Assembly (NCBI GenBank): GCA_038245295.1
Contig: JBBRSP010000017.1
Location: 1-64,000, forward strand
Origin: Candidatus Binatia bacterium
Lineage (GTDB): Bacteria; Desulfobacterota; Binatia; HRBIN30
Length of the DNA stretch: 64,000 nucleotides
Direction: 5' to 3'
The translations under genes were made by a program, and so were the position numbers. Under the pieces are notes generated by a model, which was given only the letters and a program-made list of their open reading frames with translations, was not told where the DNA came from and searched no databases. This document shows, piece by piece, positions 31,301-39,859 of the stretch (its first letter is position 1; the number at the start of each line of letters is the position of its first letter).

Positions 31301-32110
31301 CGCAAGCAGGTCCAAGAGGCCCTGATGGAGGGCGAAGCGCGCAAACACGGCGAGGAACAAGTGCGGCAACGGCAGGTGGATCTTGCCCACGCGCTGCGCA
31401 TCAGCACGATTGGGGAGCTCGCCAGTGGCCTGGCCCATGAGCTCACCCAGCCGCTGTCGGCGATCGCCAACGGCGTCGAGGCCTGCATTCGTTACGTCCG
31501 CTCCGGCAAGGCGAAACCCGGCGATCTGCTGGCGCTGCTCGACGATGCCTCGGCGGAAGCGCTGCGGGCCGGCGAGATCGTCCAGCATCTGCGAGTGTTC
31601 ATTGAAAAGGGGACGCCGCAGTTCGAGTCGACCGACCTCTGTGCGATCGTTCGCAGTATCCCACGCGTGTTGCGCCGTGAGCTGCAGCAGGAGGAGATCA
31701 CGCTCCACGTCGGTGTGCCGTCGCGACCGATGCCGATTCATGCCGACGCTATTCAGATTGAGCAAATCCTCGTGAATCTGATACAGAACGCCATCGATGC
31801 GATCCGCGAAGCTCCGCACGGCGCCAAGGAGATCGACCTCCGGATTCGCGGCGTCAAAGGCATGGCGGAAGTGACGGTGCAGGATAGCGGAGCGGGGGTG
31901 TCGAAAGCGGCCTCGGAACGAATGTTCGAGGCCTTCTTCAGCACCAAGCCGGAGGGACTGGGGATGGGGCTGGCGATCAGTCGTTCCATTATCGAAGCGC
32001 ATTCCGGCCGCATCTGGATGGAGCTTCCCGCCGGCGACTTTCCCGGAACCGTCGTCCGTTTCACGCTGCCGCTCGAAGCTCCGAGGTCCCGAAAGCGAGT
32101 ATCAGCATGA
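28382..32110 (+). CDS. CheB-CheR-coiled coil-PAS-PAS histidine kinase (FixL-like kinase core)
   Basis: GASAGG/IQHL/GTDG (CheB); INVTSFFRD, VPACATGEEAYS, SCRNL (CheR); NEELQS heptads; AHELTQPL, NLIQNAIDA, STKPEGLGMGL. Confidence 0.93.
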   Translation: MKRRESRPTKPRQRKTYASLAGRGVKSSAVAVRPCQLPIVGLGASAGGLDAFKKLFSSLPDDSGAAFILIQHLDPTRKSLTADLVGRSTHMRVVEAEDGMPVEANHVYVIPPNEYLSISGHSLHLSPPTEPRSLRMAIDFFLRSLAESQQENAVGVILSGSGTDGTLGLREIKAAGGMTMVQDPQTAQHDGMPRSAIATGCVDYIVPLERMAETLVAYLYRRARVTTPESVSEANDPMMRVIGLLQVHTKFDFSGYKKGTLRRRLQHRMSLQHIEQMSVYLDLLRADPAEATALFKELLINVTSFFRDPAAWQLLQEQVIRRLVAAKDDGGVLRVWVPACATGEEAYSLAIVLTDEIHASGKNLRLQVFASDVDTEALNSARAGVYPEGIAAHVSTERLARYFLKDEHTYRVTKDLRDSVVFAQQSLVSDPPFSKLDLVSCRNLFIYLETKIQERLLPLLHFALLDGGYLFLGSAEGVGTQQDLFAAVSAKWRIYRRVGPTRHERLQFPVSPTSMPIVRGKMPIGAAPGRVATLAQHLLLQRYARACVIINRIGEILYFHGRTDDYLAQPDGVPTQDLLAMARNGLRAKLRSAVQAAMRDNQAVVVTEVPVRRHGKFPRVKIFVEPLTGMTEAEPLWLVSLEDEAESATPNPPSPASAAANRTDAALVHQLEYELKASKEDLQQTIEELRASNEELMSVNEELQSSNEELETSKEELQSVNEELGTANAQLESKISELQATNNDLDNLLTSTNIATLFLDRQLCIRRFTPAATQLFRLIPADIGRPIGDIALRFTDPELLSDAASVLKKAGVPNREVQAQDGRWYVRQVLPYVTRDGPPEGVVVTLSDVAAEALLEARLYAEAIVDTVREPLLVLNPDLHVMSANRSFYATFRTSAMETVGRLLFDLGDGSWDIPQLRSLLGEVLPKQHVMNDFEVQHKSAAGMRTMLLNARVVLRVAARPDLILLAIEDVTERKQVQEALMEGEARKHGEEQVRQRQVDLAHALRISTIGELASGLAHELTQPLSAIANGVEACIRYVRSGKAKPGDLLALLDDASAEALRAGEIVQHLRVFIEKGTPQFESTDLCAIVRSIPRVLRRELQQEEITLHVGVPSRPMPIHADAIQIEQILVNLIQNAIDAIREAPHGAKEIDLRIRGVKGMAEVTVQDSGAGVSKAASERMFEAFFSTKPEGLGMGLAISRSIIEAHSGRIWMELPAGDFPGTVVRFTLPLEAPRSRKRVSA

Positions 32111-32730
32111 CAGCCGCGCCGACGGTCTTTGTAGTCGATGATAATGCCGCGGTGCGCGAATCTCTGCATGCACTGCTGCAATCCGTCGGAGTCGCCGCCC
32201 GGACGTTTGCTTCGGGTGAAGAGTTTCTCGCGGCCTACAGCCCGGAGCGGCCCGGGTGTCTGGTGTTGGACGTGCGCCTGCGGCACGCCAACGGACTCGA
32301 CCTGCAGGACGAGCTACGTCGGCGCCATGCCACGCTACCGATCCTCGTGCTTACGGGCCACGGCAATGTGCCGACCTCGGTGCGGGCGATGAAGGCCGGC
32401 GCGATGGACTTTCTGCAAAAGCCCGTGCCTCCGAATGTGCTGTTGGAACGCATTCAAGCGGCGCTCGAAGCGGACCGGCAGGCACGCGAGGCAGCCGCCG
32501 AGCGCCGTTCGGTGAGCGACTGCATCGCCGATCTGACGCCGCGCGAACGCCAGGTGATGGATTGCCTCGTCGCCGGTGAAACGTCGAAGGAGATTGCCGC
32601 GACCCTGAAGATGAGTGTGCGTACCGTCGAGGGCCACCGCCGCCGTGTGCTTTCGAAGTTGCATGTCTCGTCGGCGTCGCAGTTGGTTGCGGTGGTGCTG
32701 AGCGGGCACGGTATTACTCCACAAGCTTAG
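32107..32730 (+). CDS. FixJ-family response regulator (REC + LuxR HTH)
   Basis: VVDD, LVLDVRL, LTGHG, FLQKP, LTPRERQV, SVRTVEGHR; ATGA overlap with the kinase. Confidence 0.93.
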   Translation: MTAAPTVFVVDDNAAVRESLHALLQSVGVAARTFASGEEFLAAYSPERPGCLVLDVRLRHANGLDLQDELRRRHATLPILVLTGHGNVPTSVRAMKAGAMDFLQKPVPPNVLLERIQAALEADRQAREAAAERRSVSDCIADLTPRERQVMDCLVAGETSKEIAATLKMSVRTVEGHRRRVLSKLHVSSASQLVAVVLSGHGITPQA

Positions 32731-32773
32731 CGTCCCAGGGGCTAGCTGGAGCTTCCATCGACGATTGATACCG

Positions 32774-32830
32774 CGTAGAACTAAATGCGTGGGTTTACGA
32801 CCTACCGCGCCCGGCGCCTAGCGATAGAAG
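32774..32830 (+). promoter_or_regulatory. Tandem-box promoter, site 1 (radical SAM gene)
   Basis: CGTAGAACTAAA-TG-CGTGGGTTTACG-ACCTAC then TAGAAG 25 nt after box 2. Confidence 0.6.
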
Positions 32831-32924
32831 GTCGAACCCTTGCACTCGGGGTGAGTGCGGCCAGCTCGACCTTTCAAAGCCAGCGCGCCGCCGCTGTAGC
32901 TGACGCGTGCGAGAGGAGTGCTCA

Positions 32925-34538
32925 ATGCTCGTGTTCCTGATCCATATCCGTGACCCACAATTCTACGCCCTGCCGGCGGCGACTCGCGCCGCCAATGGCA
33001 ATATCCGCGTCATGGGCTTTCCGCCGATCGGCATCATGTCGTTGTCGGCGGTGCTCAAGCGGGCTGGGCATGAGTGTGTCATGTTCGATCAGGCAAACCC
33101 CGATACTCCCGACGACACGATCATTGATGCAATCCGCCGGCAGCAGCCCGGTCTGGTCGGCCTGAGCTTCTTGAGCACTACAAGTTACCCCTACGCCAAG
33201 TTGCTGGCGCGGCGCATCCGCGCCGTTGATCCCGACGTGCCGTTGGCGTTCGGCGGCGTCTTCGCCACACTCAATGCCGAGCTCGTCAAGACGCAGTGTC
33301 CCGAAGTCAACTTCGTCTGCCGCGGTGACGGCGAGCAATTGATTCTCGACCTGGTGGACCGGATAGACGCACCGGAAACCGTCGCCGGGCTTACCTGGGC
33401 GAAAGACGGCAAGGTGATCCAGAACCCCAATCGGATGATGGACCGCCATCTCGATCAGTGGCCATTTCCCGATCGCGAAAGCCTGAAGCTCGACTTCATC
33501 GAGTCGATGCCTCTCGATGTGCCCGCGGTCCTGTCCATGGAGCGATTCACGACGATGCAAACATCGCGCGGTTGTCCATGGCCGTGTGTGTTTTGCGACA
33601 TACCGATCTTCAACGAGGGCAAATGGCGCTCGCGCAGTGCCCAACACGTGGTCGATGAGTTCAAAGAGCTACAGCGATTGGGCTACGGCGCCGTGTACTT
33701 CGTCGATGATCACTTCCTGCTGCAACCCAAACGCATCGAAGCCATCTGCAACGGGATCAATGAGGCTGGCGTAACGATTCAGTGGGGCTGTGAAGGCCGT
33801 GTCGATTCGACGGCGCAACATCTTTTTCCGGCGATGGTAAAAGCGCATTGCCGCACCATCATGTTCGGTGTCGAGAGCGGCAGTCAGACGGTGCTGGACC
33901 GACTGAAGAAAGAACAAACGTTGGCGGAGGTCGAGAACGCGGTCACCAACGCGAAACGCGCCGGCATCGAGATCGTCCACGGCTTCTTCGTCGTCGGTAC
34001 ACCGGGCGAAACGGTCGAGGACATGCGTGCGACGTTTGATTTTGCCGCCAAGCTGCGACTCGACACCTTTGCGTTCAACCGTTTGTGTGTCTACCGCGGC
34101 ACGCCGCTGTGGCACGAGTACCTGACGCGCGGTTTGGTGAACGACGCGGACGATTGGTTCAAGTACTTCAAGTGTTCGGAAATCGATCCCACGTGTTTGT
34201 CCGGTGAGGTCATCAATAACGAACGCAACGCCGGCTTCCGACGACTGTTCCGTTACAAGGTGACACACTATCCGATGCAGACGCTGCGCTTGCTGCGGCG
34301 CTTCATGCGCCACATGCCGGTGCGCGATGTGTTGTACCTGCTCTTCAAGCCCTTCTTCGGCAGCAAACAGGGGCCGACCAAGAACGAAGTCTTGTCGCGC
34401 GCTGTCGAGCATCCGCTCGTCAAGGATGCCGCGGCAAACCTTACTCAGGTATCCGATGACCTGCTCCAGCGGGTCGTCGAAGAGTCGCGCGCCGAGCGAC
34501 GGCGCATCCTCCAGGAGTCTCCCTCCAGCCAGCCGTGA
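32925..34538 (+). CDS. B12-binding-domain radical SAM protein
   Basis: FPPIG, GGVFAT, RGDGE, TSRGCPWPCVFC (CxxxCxxC), FGVESGS. Confidence 0.9.
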   Translation: MLVFLIHIRDPQFYALPAATRAANGNIRVMGFPPIGIMSLSAVLKRAGHECVMFDQANPDTPDDTIIDAIRRQQPGLVGLSFLSTTSYPYAKLLARRIRAVDPDVPLAFGGVFATLNAELVKTQCPEVNFVCRGDGEQLILDLVDRIDAPETVAGLTWAKDGKVIQNPNRMMDRHLDQWPFPDRESLKLDFIESMPLDVPAVLSMERFTTMQTSRGCPWPCVFCDIPIFNEGKWRSRSAQHVVDEFKELQRLGYGAVYFVDDHFLLQPKRIEAICNGINEAGVTIQWGCEGRVDSTAQHLFPAMVKAHCRTIMFGVESGSQTVLDRLKKEQTLAEVENAVTNAKRAGIEIVHGFFVVGTPGETVEDMRATFDFAAKLRLDTFAFNRLCVYRGTPLWHEYLTRGLVNDADDWFKYFKCSEIDPTCLSGEVINNERNAGFRRLFRYKVTHYPMQTLRLLRRFMRHMPVRDVLYLLFKPFFGSKQGPTKNEVLSRAVEHPLVKDAAANLTQVSDDLLQRVVEESRAERRRILQESPSSQP

Positions 34539-34670
34539 CCTGCCCAGATTCGCGACCGGCGCAAGCCCCAGAATTTGCTCGAGGCGCCATTTTGAGGGCT
34601 GACCTCCCTGCCGTTTGCGGTACATTCTCCAACGAGGAGACCGGGCGCATGATAGGCGCCGCTACGCCCG

Positions 34671-34728
34671 CGTAGGACCACGCGCGTAGTTGCCCGAGCT
34701 TACGACCCTGTCGCACCTCCTGTACCAG
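34671..34728 (+). promoter_or_regulatory. Tandem-box promoter, site 2 (FecR/DUF6600 gene)
   Basis: CGTAGGACCACG-CG-CGTAGTTGCCCG-AGCTTA then TACCAG 26 nt after box 2. Confidence 0.75.
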
Positions 34729-34773
34729 AGGAGTAGCAGGTGCCGCGCCTCGACGCGGCCTGGAGGTTCGTTG

Positions 34774-37074
34774 ATGATTCCGAAACGTATTGTATCTGTC
34801 TTTGCGGGACTTCTGATGGTCTCTGCCACCCTCGGTGGCGCTTTGCCGGCATTGGCTCAGGGCCGATCTGGCGGCGGGGGGACGCCGCCGCGTCTAGCCT
34901 TCCTGGATGGCGACGTGTCGTTCTGGCGCACCGGTGCCGAGGAGTGGACGCAAGCCCAATTGAACACACCGATTGCGGCCGGCGATTCCCTCTTCGCCGG
35001 TGACAACGCCAATTTTGAGCTCGAGGTCGGTCCACGTGCCTTTGTGCGCGCCGGCGCCGCCACGGAAATCGACCTCACGGCGCTCGAGCCGGACTACTTG
35101 CAACTGCGTATCCCCGGCGGACACGCGGCCCTCGATCTGAAAAGTCTGCCGCGCGGTACGACGATCGAAGTCGATTCACCGAATGCCGCGTTTACGATCA
35201 ACCGCCCGGGGTATTACCGTGTCGACATCGACGAGACCCGAACGGTATTCAGCGCTCGCCGCGGCGGTGCAGCGATGGTTGCCCCGGCGGCGTCGGACTC
35301 GCTGTCGGTCGGCGACAATCAACAGGTCATTCTCGATGGTACGGACAATGTACAGGTCAATCTCACTGCGGCGCCCGCTCCGGATGAATGGGATCGCTGG
35401 AATTACGACCGCAGCGGGCAGCTGGTTGAAGTACCCCGCAGCGCTGCCTACGTGCCGCCCACGGTTGCCGGTGTCGACGACCTCGACCGCTACGGCGAGT
35501 GGCGCGCGCAGCCGCGCTACGGCCACGTCTGGGTACCGCGCGATGTGCAGCCCGACTGGGCTCCCTACAGCACCGGCCGCTGGGTCTATGACCCGTATTA
35601 CGAGTGGACGTGGGTCGACGACTCACCTTGGGGCTGGGCTCCGTATCACTACGGGCGTTGGGTGCATCTCGATGGGTATTGGGGCTGGGCGCCCGGGCCG
35701 ATTGTGGCGCGACCGGTATATGCGCCGGCCCTCGTTGCGTTCTTCGGTTCGCCGGGCCTCGGCGTCTCGGTGAGCATCGGCCTACCGTTCGTCAGCTGGT
35801 GTGCTCTCGGCTTCGGTGAACCGATCATTCCGTGGTGGGGGAGAAGAGGGTTTGTTGGGCAGCCCTACTGGGGTGGTTGGGGTGGCCCGCGCGTCGTCAA
35901 TAATGTCGTCATCAACAACACGCGCATCGTCAATGTTACGAACATCAACCACTATGAGAATGTGAATGTCCGTAATGCCGTCTCGGGCGTCGATCGCAAT
36001 CAATTCGGTCGCGGCCGCGGCGATCACATCCGCTTGGATCCGCAGCGTGTGCAGAACCTGCGCCCGGTGCGCGGCGATCTCGGTGTCCGGCCGGTTGCGT
36101 CGAGCCTTGTCGCCCGGGAGGAACGTGGTCGACGCCCTCCGGAACAACTGCAGGCACGCCGGGTGGTAACCACCAGACCGGCGCCGGATCCGATGAATCG
36201 ATTGCGAACCAAGGGTTTTGCCCCGACGGCGAGTCCGTCGCGACCTGAACCACGCATGGCGCATACCCTGCGCCAGCCGCGCGATCCGGGCGCGCAGCCG
36301 CAAGGCGGTAATCCACCGCAGCGCCGCGGTGCCGTTCCTCAGCAGAGGCAGGCGCCTGGGGTGTCAGGACAACCACAGCCTGCCGGCGGCGAGGCCGCCC
36401 ACCCGGGTCGTCCGGAAAGGCCAGGCCGGCCGATACGTCAGGAACACACGCAACCCGGTGCTCGCGGTGAAGTGGCGCCGCCGCCGGTGCCCGGTGCCCG
36501 TCCGCGACCAAATGCGATGCACCCCGGTGTAGCGCCGCAGCCGGGTTCCCGCGAACAAGCGCAACCCCCCGTACACGATCAGGTACGCCCGCGGGAGAAT
36601 CGAGTCGCGCCGCCACCGCCGAACGAGCCACGCGCCGTCCCACGGCCGCCGGCCCACCAGGCTGATCGACAACACGAACCGGCAGCGCCACACGCCCAGC
36701 CGGCCGCACAACCGCCACCGCCGCACTCGCAGCCGGCGGCCCGGGAACCACAAGCGCCGATGCATCAGCCTGCCGCACCGCCCCCCGCGGCGCCCAGACC
36801 TCCGGCACAGCAGCCGTCGCGCCCACACGAGGAGCGGGTCGCACCACCGCCGCAAATGCATCAGCAAGCTCCGGTGCGGCAGGAGCGCGCCGCGCCGCCG
36901 CCGCAGGCGCCGCCACGGCAGGAGCGCGCCATGCCGCCGGTTCAACAGCAACAGCAACCGCGGCCGGCCCCGCCGCCGGTTCAACAGCAACAGCAACGGC
37001 AACCGCGGCCGGCTCCGCAGAATGCGCCACCGCATGCTGCACCGGCTGCCGGCGGCGACCGGCCGCCCGGGTAA
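34774..37074 (+). CDS. Secreted FecR-domain / DUF6600-like protein with Pro/Gln-rich tail
   Basis: Signal peptide; RLAFLDGDVS FecR-like region; WAPYSTGRW...PWGWAPYHYGRW; long P/Q-rich C-terminus. Confidence 0.8.
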   Translation: MIPKRIVSVFAGLLMVSATLGGALPALAQGRSGGGGTPPRLAFLDGDVSFWRTGAEEWTQAQLNTPIAAGDSLFAGDNANFELEVGPRAFVRAGAATEIDLTALEPDYLQLRIPGGHAALDLKSLPRGTTIEVDSPNAAFTINRPGYYRVDIDETRTVFSARRGGAAMVAPAASDSLSVGDNQQVILDGTDNVQVNLTAAPAPDEWDRWNYDRSGQLVEVPRSAAYVPPTVAGVDDLDRYGEWRAQPRYGHVWVPRDVQPDWAPYSTGRWVYDPYYEWTWVDDSPWGWAPYHYGRWVHLDGYWGWAPGPIVARPVYAPALVAFFGSPGLGVSVSIGLPFVSWCALGFGEPIIPWWGRRGFVGQPYWGGWGGPRVVNNVVINNTRIVNVTNINHYENVNVRNAVSGVDRNQFGRGRGDHIRLDPQRVQNLRPVRGDLGVRPVASSLVAREERGRRPPEQLQARRVVTTRPAPDPMNRLRTKGFAPTASPSRPEPRMAHTLRQPRDPGAQPQGGNPPQRRGAVPQQRQAPGVSGQPQPAGGEAAHPGRPERPGRPIRQEHTQPGARGEVAPPPVPGARPRPNAMHPGVAPQPGSREQAQPPVHDQVRPRENRVAPPPPNEPRAVPRPPAHQADRQHEPAAPHAQPAAQPPPPHSQPAAREPQAPMHQPAAPPPAAPRPPAQQPSRPHEERVAPPPQMHQQAPVRQERAAPPPQAPPRQERAMPPVQQQQQPRPAPPPVQQQQQRQPRPAPQNAPPHAAPAAGGDRPPG

Positions 37075-37285
37075 TATTCAACTGTCTACCCGTGCCGATC
37101 ACCAGAGTGCGAGCTCGGCGTGCCGCTTGAATCCCAAAGGAGATCAGTGTTGAAAACGCCCCAACTCTTGTCCGTGCGCGAAGATGTTCCCAGTGCCGAA
37201 TGTTGTCACCCTGACATGTCATCCCGGCGAAGGAGTGAGCGTGTCGATTTACTCGGAAACCATATTTGAAACCGAGCAGACCTAT

Positions 37286-37368
37286 CCGTCATACCGGCGA
37301 AAGCCGGTATCTCGCCAGCTTTCGAGGCTTCCAGCAGGGGGAGATCCCGGTTTTCACCGGGATGACGG
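37286..37368. repeat. CGTC-type REP doublet (REPIN-like), copy 1
   Basis: CCGTCATACCGGCGAAAGCCGGTATC...GATCCCGG...CCGGGATGACGG; reverse complement of 57095-57176 with 3 mismatches. Confidence 0.85.
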
Positions 37369-37414
37369 AGGTAGGGCTGGTTGCCCTGAGTTGGTTCCGG
37401 CCAACGGCCGGGCT

Positions 37415-38203
37415 GTGAGGAATTCCGTTGTTCGCGTTTTACTGCGGGTTGTCGGTCTGGCCATCGTCGCGACTGTTGTCGTGGCTCGTGTCGCTGCAGC
37501 GGGCGACGCCGGAGTACCGATCAAACTTTCGTGGACAGAGGGTGACGTCGCCGGGATCTCGTCAATCTTGTCGCCGACCAGCGACAAACCGATTGGCCAT
37601 GTCGAATACCATCAGCAACGCCACGGCGATGTGATCGAGGCGGTGCGTATCGCCCATTTCAACGACGGCTCGAGTGACGAGGATCACGCCGAGGCGCGCG
37701 TCGGCGAGACACTCCGCTCTTTGCGCGGTCGCTCGATCATTCGCAACACGAAGGGTGTTGCCACCTCCGACATTACAATCGACGTTGCGGGCGGGCATAT
37801 TTCCGGATTCTCCGGTCTCGGCAAGGACAGGGTCGCTTACGACGAGCACGTCGAATTGCCCGAGGGCACCTATTGGGGACCGCTGATCTTCATGGTGATC
37901 AAATCGTTCGATGCCAACGCCGTCGACAACCGCCTCGTCTTCCGGACGGTTATCGCGACGCCGAAGCCGCGTGTCATCGATATGGAGCTGTTGAAGAAGA
38001 ACGAGACGACCGTGCGTCACGCGGGCACCGGCATCAAGGCGGTGCAGTTCGTCCTGCGGCCTACGGTGAATTGGTTGGTCGATCCTATCATTCGGATGTT
38101 CGCGCCCGACACGAACTTCTTCGTGAAGGCTGGTGAGCCACCCGCTCTGGTGCGTTTCGCTGGGCCGCGCAACTTTGCCGGCCAGAAAATTCGCATTGAA
38201 TAA
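37415..38203 (+). CDS. Hypothetical exported protein
   Basis: Signal-like VRNSVVRVLLRVVGLAIVATVVVARVAAA; the longer ORF start reads through a REP. Confidence 0.65.
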   Translation: MRNSVVRVLLRVVGLAIVATVVVARVAAAGDAGVPIKLSWTEGDVAGISSILSPTSDKPIGHVEYHQQRHGDVIEAVRIAHFNDGSSDEDHAEARVGETLRSLRGRSIIRNTKGVATSDITIDVAGGHISGFSGLGKDRVAYDEHVELPEGTYWGPLIFMVIKSFDANAVDNRLVFRTVIATPKPRVIDMELLKKNETTVRHAGTGIKAVQFVLRPTVNWLVDPIIRMFAPDTNFFVKAGEPPALVRFAGPRNFAGQKIRIE

Positions 38204-38228
38204 GCCGTCGGATGTCCCGCCGAGCCTA

Positions 38229-38300
38229 CGTAGAAGTACGCGCGTAGGAGCGCGTACGTAGTAGTCCGATCTTACGTCGCCGCCGGATGTTCCGTAAGAA
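38229..38300 (+). promoter_or_regulatory. Tandem-box promoter, site 3 (three boxes)
   Basis: CGTAGAAGTACG-CG-CGTAGGAGCGCG-TA-CGTAGTAGTCCG-ATC-TTACGT-N17-TAAGAA. Confidence 0.8.
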
Positions 38301-38306
38301 GTTGCC

Positions 38307-38684
38307 ATGGCGATGGAAGCAAACCCCGAACTAGCGCGTGTCTCTACTGGAATGAGGCAACTCGATATCCTCTTGCCGTCGCAACATTTCGGTCCGCACC
38401 GCAAGCAGTCACCTGAGCAGCGCCTGATGATCGCTGTGCTGCACGACGCGATCGACTGCATCGAGAAGTTTCGATTTTCTGATGATCCGCAGGGCCGCCG
38501 CATCTTTCACGAAACCAAGCAGTGGCTGGTGTCGAGCGAAACCGACTGGCCATACTCGTTTGAGTGTATCTGCGCCGTGCTCGATCTTGATTCGGATGCG
38601 GTGCGCCAACGCTTGCGGGTAACCCCCGTGCGACACCCGGTGCTGCGGGCTACGCAGGAAGCCCAGCGTATGACAGGAACCTAG
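38307..38684 (+). CDS. Hypothetical small helical protein
   Basis: 125 aa, PEQRLMIAVLHDAI...W...WPYSFECICAVLDLD; directly downstream of site 3. Confidence 0.75.
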   Translation: MAMEANPELARVSTGMRQLDILLPSQHFGPHRKQSPEQRLMIAVLHDAIDCIEKFRFSDDPQGRRIFHETKQWLVSSETDWPYSFECICAVLDLDSDAVRQRLRVTPVRHPVLRATQEAQRMTGT

Positions 38685-38843
38685 TCGTAAACATCAATGT
38701 TGTAGGGCTCTGTGCGTCGCAAGACCGCACCTCTACACGCCTGGCCCCGGCGCTTGCCTCCTGGCCCACCTTGGTTGCTGTCGCCGGGGCCCCCTCAACC
38801 AACGTAAAGAATTGGTCGTGAGACATTTCCCTGGAGGAACTCT

Positions 38844-39164
38844 ATGAGTACTTGGAATCGCTTTGCCACTCTGTCGGTCGCAGTCCTGTTGTCGTCGCTT
38901 GTCGGATGCGCCTCGACGGCCAAACACGAAGGTACCGGTGAGTACATCGACGACACGGTCCTGACGACCAAAGTGAAGGCGGAAGTGTTGGCCGAAGACT
39001 CTCTGAAGTCGAGCGAGATCAACGTCGAGAGCTTCAAGGGTGTTGTTCAATTGAGCGGCTTTGTCTCTTCACAGGCGGACATCAACAAGGCCGTAGAGAT
39101 TGCGCGCCACGTGAAGGGTGTGAAGTCAGTCAAGAATGACATGCGTGTAAAGGGCCAGCAGTAA
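38844..39164 (+). CDS. BON-domain lipoprotein (OsmY-like)
   Basis: LVGC lipobox; GEYIDDTVLTTKVKA, INVESFKGVVQLSGFV, GVKSVKND; GGAGG RBS. Confidence 0.92.
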   Translation: MSTWNRFATLSVAVLLSSLVGCASTAKHEGTGEYIDDTVLTTKVKAEVLAEDSLKSSEINVESFKGVVQLSGFVSSQADINKAVEIARHVKGVKSVKNDMRVKGQQ

Positions 39165-39171
39165 AGTGGTT

Positions 39172-39206
39172 GGTGGCTGATCGCCGAGCCGGGGCAATCA
39201 GCCACC
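39172..39206 (+). terminator. Hairpin after the BON gene
   Basis: GGTGGCTGAT...ATCAGCCACC. Confidence 0.5.
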
Positions 39207-39238
39207 CAGCCTATGTACTCTTTGACGTGAGTTGAAAC

Positions 39239-39859
39239 GTGGCTGCGCCTACCGTCTTTGTCGTAGACGACAACATAGGCGTGCGCAGGTCGGTGCGGGC
39301 GTTGTTGGAGTCCGCGGGACTGAACGTCGAGACATACGGCGAGGCGGACGAGTTTCGCGCCTCATTCGACCCGCAACGATCCGGTTGCCTGTTGCTTGAT
39401 GTCCGCTTACGAGACAGTTGCGGTCTCGACCTGCAAGACGAGCTGCGGGCGCGCAAGGCGTCGCTTCCGGTCATCGTAATGACCGGTCACGGCAACGTGG
39501 CGATTTCGGTGCGAGCCCTCAAGGCTGGCGCCTTCGACTTTCTGCAGAAGCCGGTGCCGCCGAATATGCTGCTTGAGCGCATCCGTGCGGCAATCGAATA
39601 CGATCGCAACACGCGAACCTCCAGCAGTCAACGTGCCCCTGTCATGAGTGATCTGGCGGGGCTGACACCCCGCGAGGGCGAAGTCATGGAACTACTGGTC
39701 GCGGGTAAGCCATCCAAGGAAATCGCCGAGACCCTGCATGTCAGCGTGCGCACGATCGAAGGGCATCGACGTATGGTGTTGGCCAAGATGAACGTGTCCT
39801 CGGCGGCACAACTCGTCCGCACGGTGCTGAGTGTTCGGGACGCGGCACTGCGGCTCTAG
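39239..39859 (+). CDS. FixJ-family response regulator, paralog 2
   Basis: APTVFVVDDN, LLLDVRL, FLQKPVPPN, SVRTIEGHRR; closely similar to 32107-32730. Confidence 0.92.
   Translation: MAAPTVFVVDDNIGVRRSVRALLESAGLNVETYGEADEFRASFDPQRSGCLLLDVRLRDSCGLDLQDELRARKASLPVIVMTGHGNVAISVRALKAGAFDFLQKPVPPNMLLERIRAAIEYDRNTRTSSSQRAPVMSDLAGLTPREGEVMELLVAGKPSKEIAETLHVSVRTIEGHRRMVLAKMNVSSAAQLVRTVLSVRDAALRL

Noticed and set aside
28382..32110. Chemotaxis operon
   Set aside because: No MCP, CheA, CheW or CheY nearby; CheB and CheR are fused into a kinase.
37184..37414. N-terminal extension of the 339-aa ORF (PSYRRKPVSR...), also seen in ORF 56775-57329
   Set aside because: It is the translated REP doublet; the real start is probably downstream at a signal peptide.
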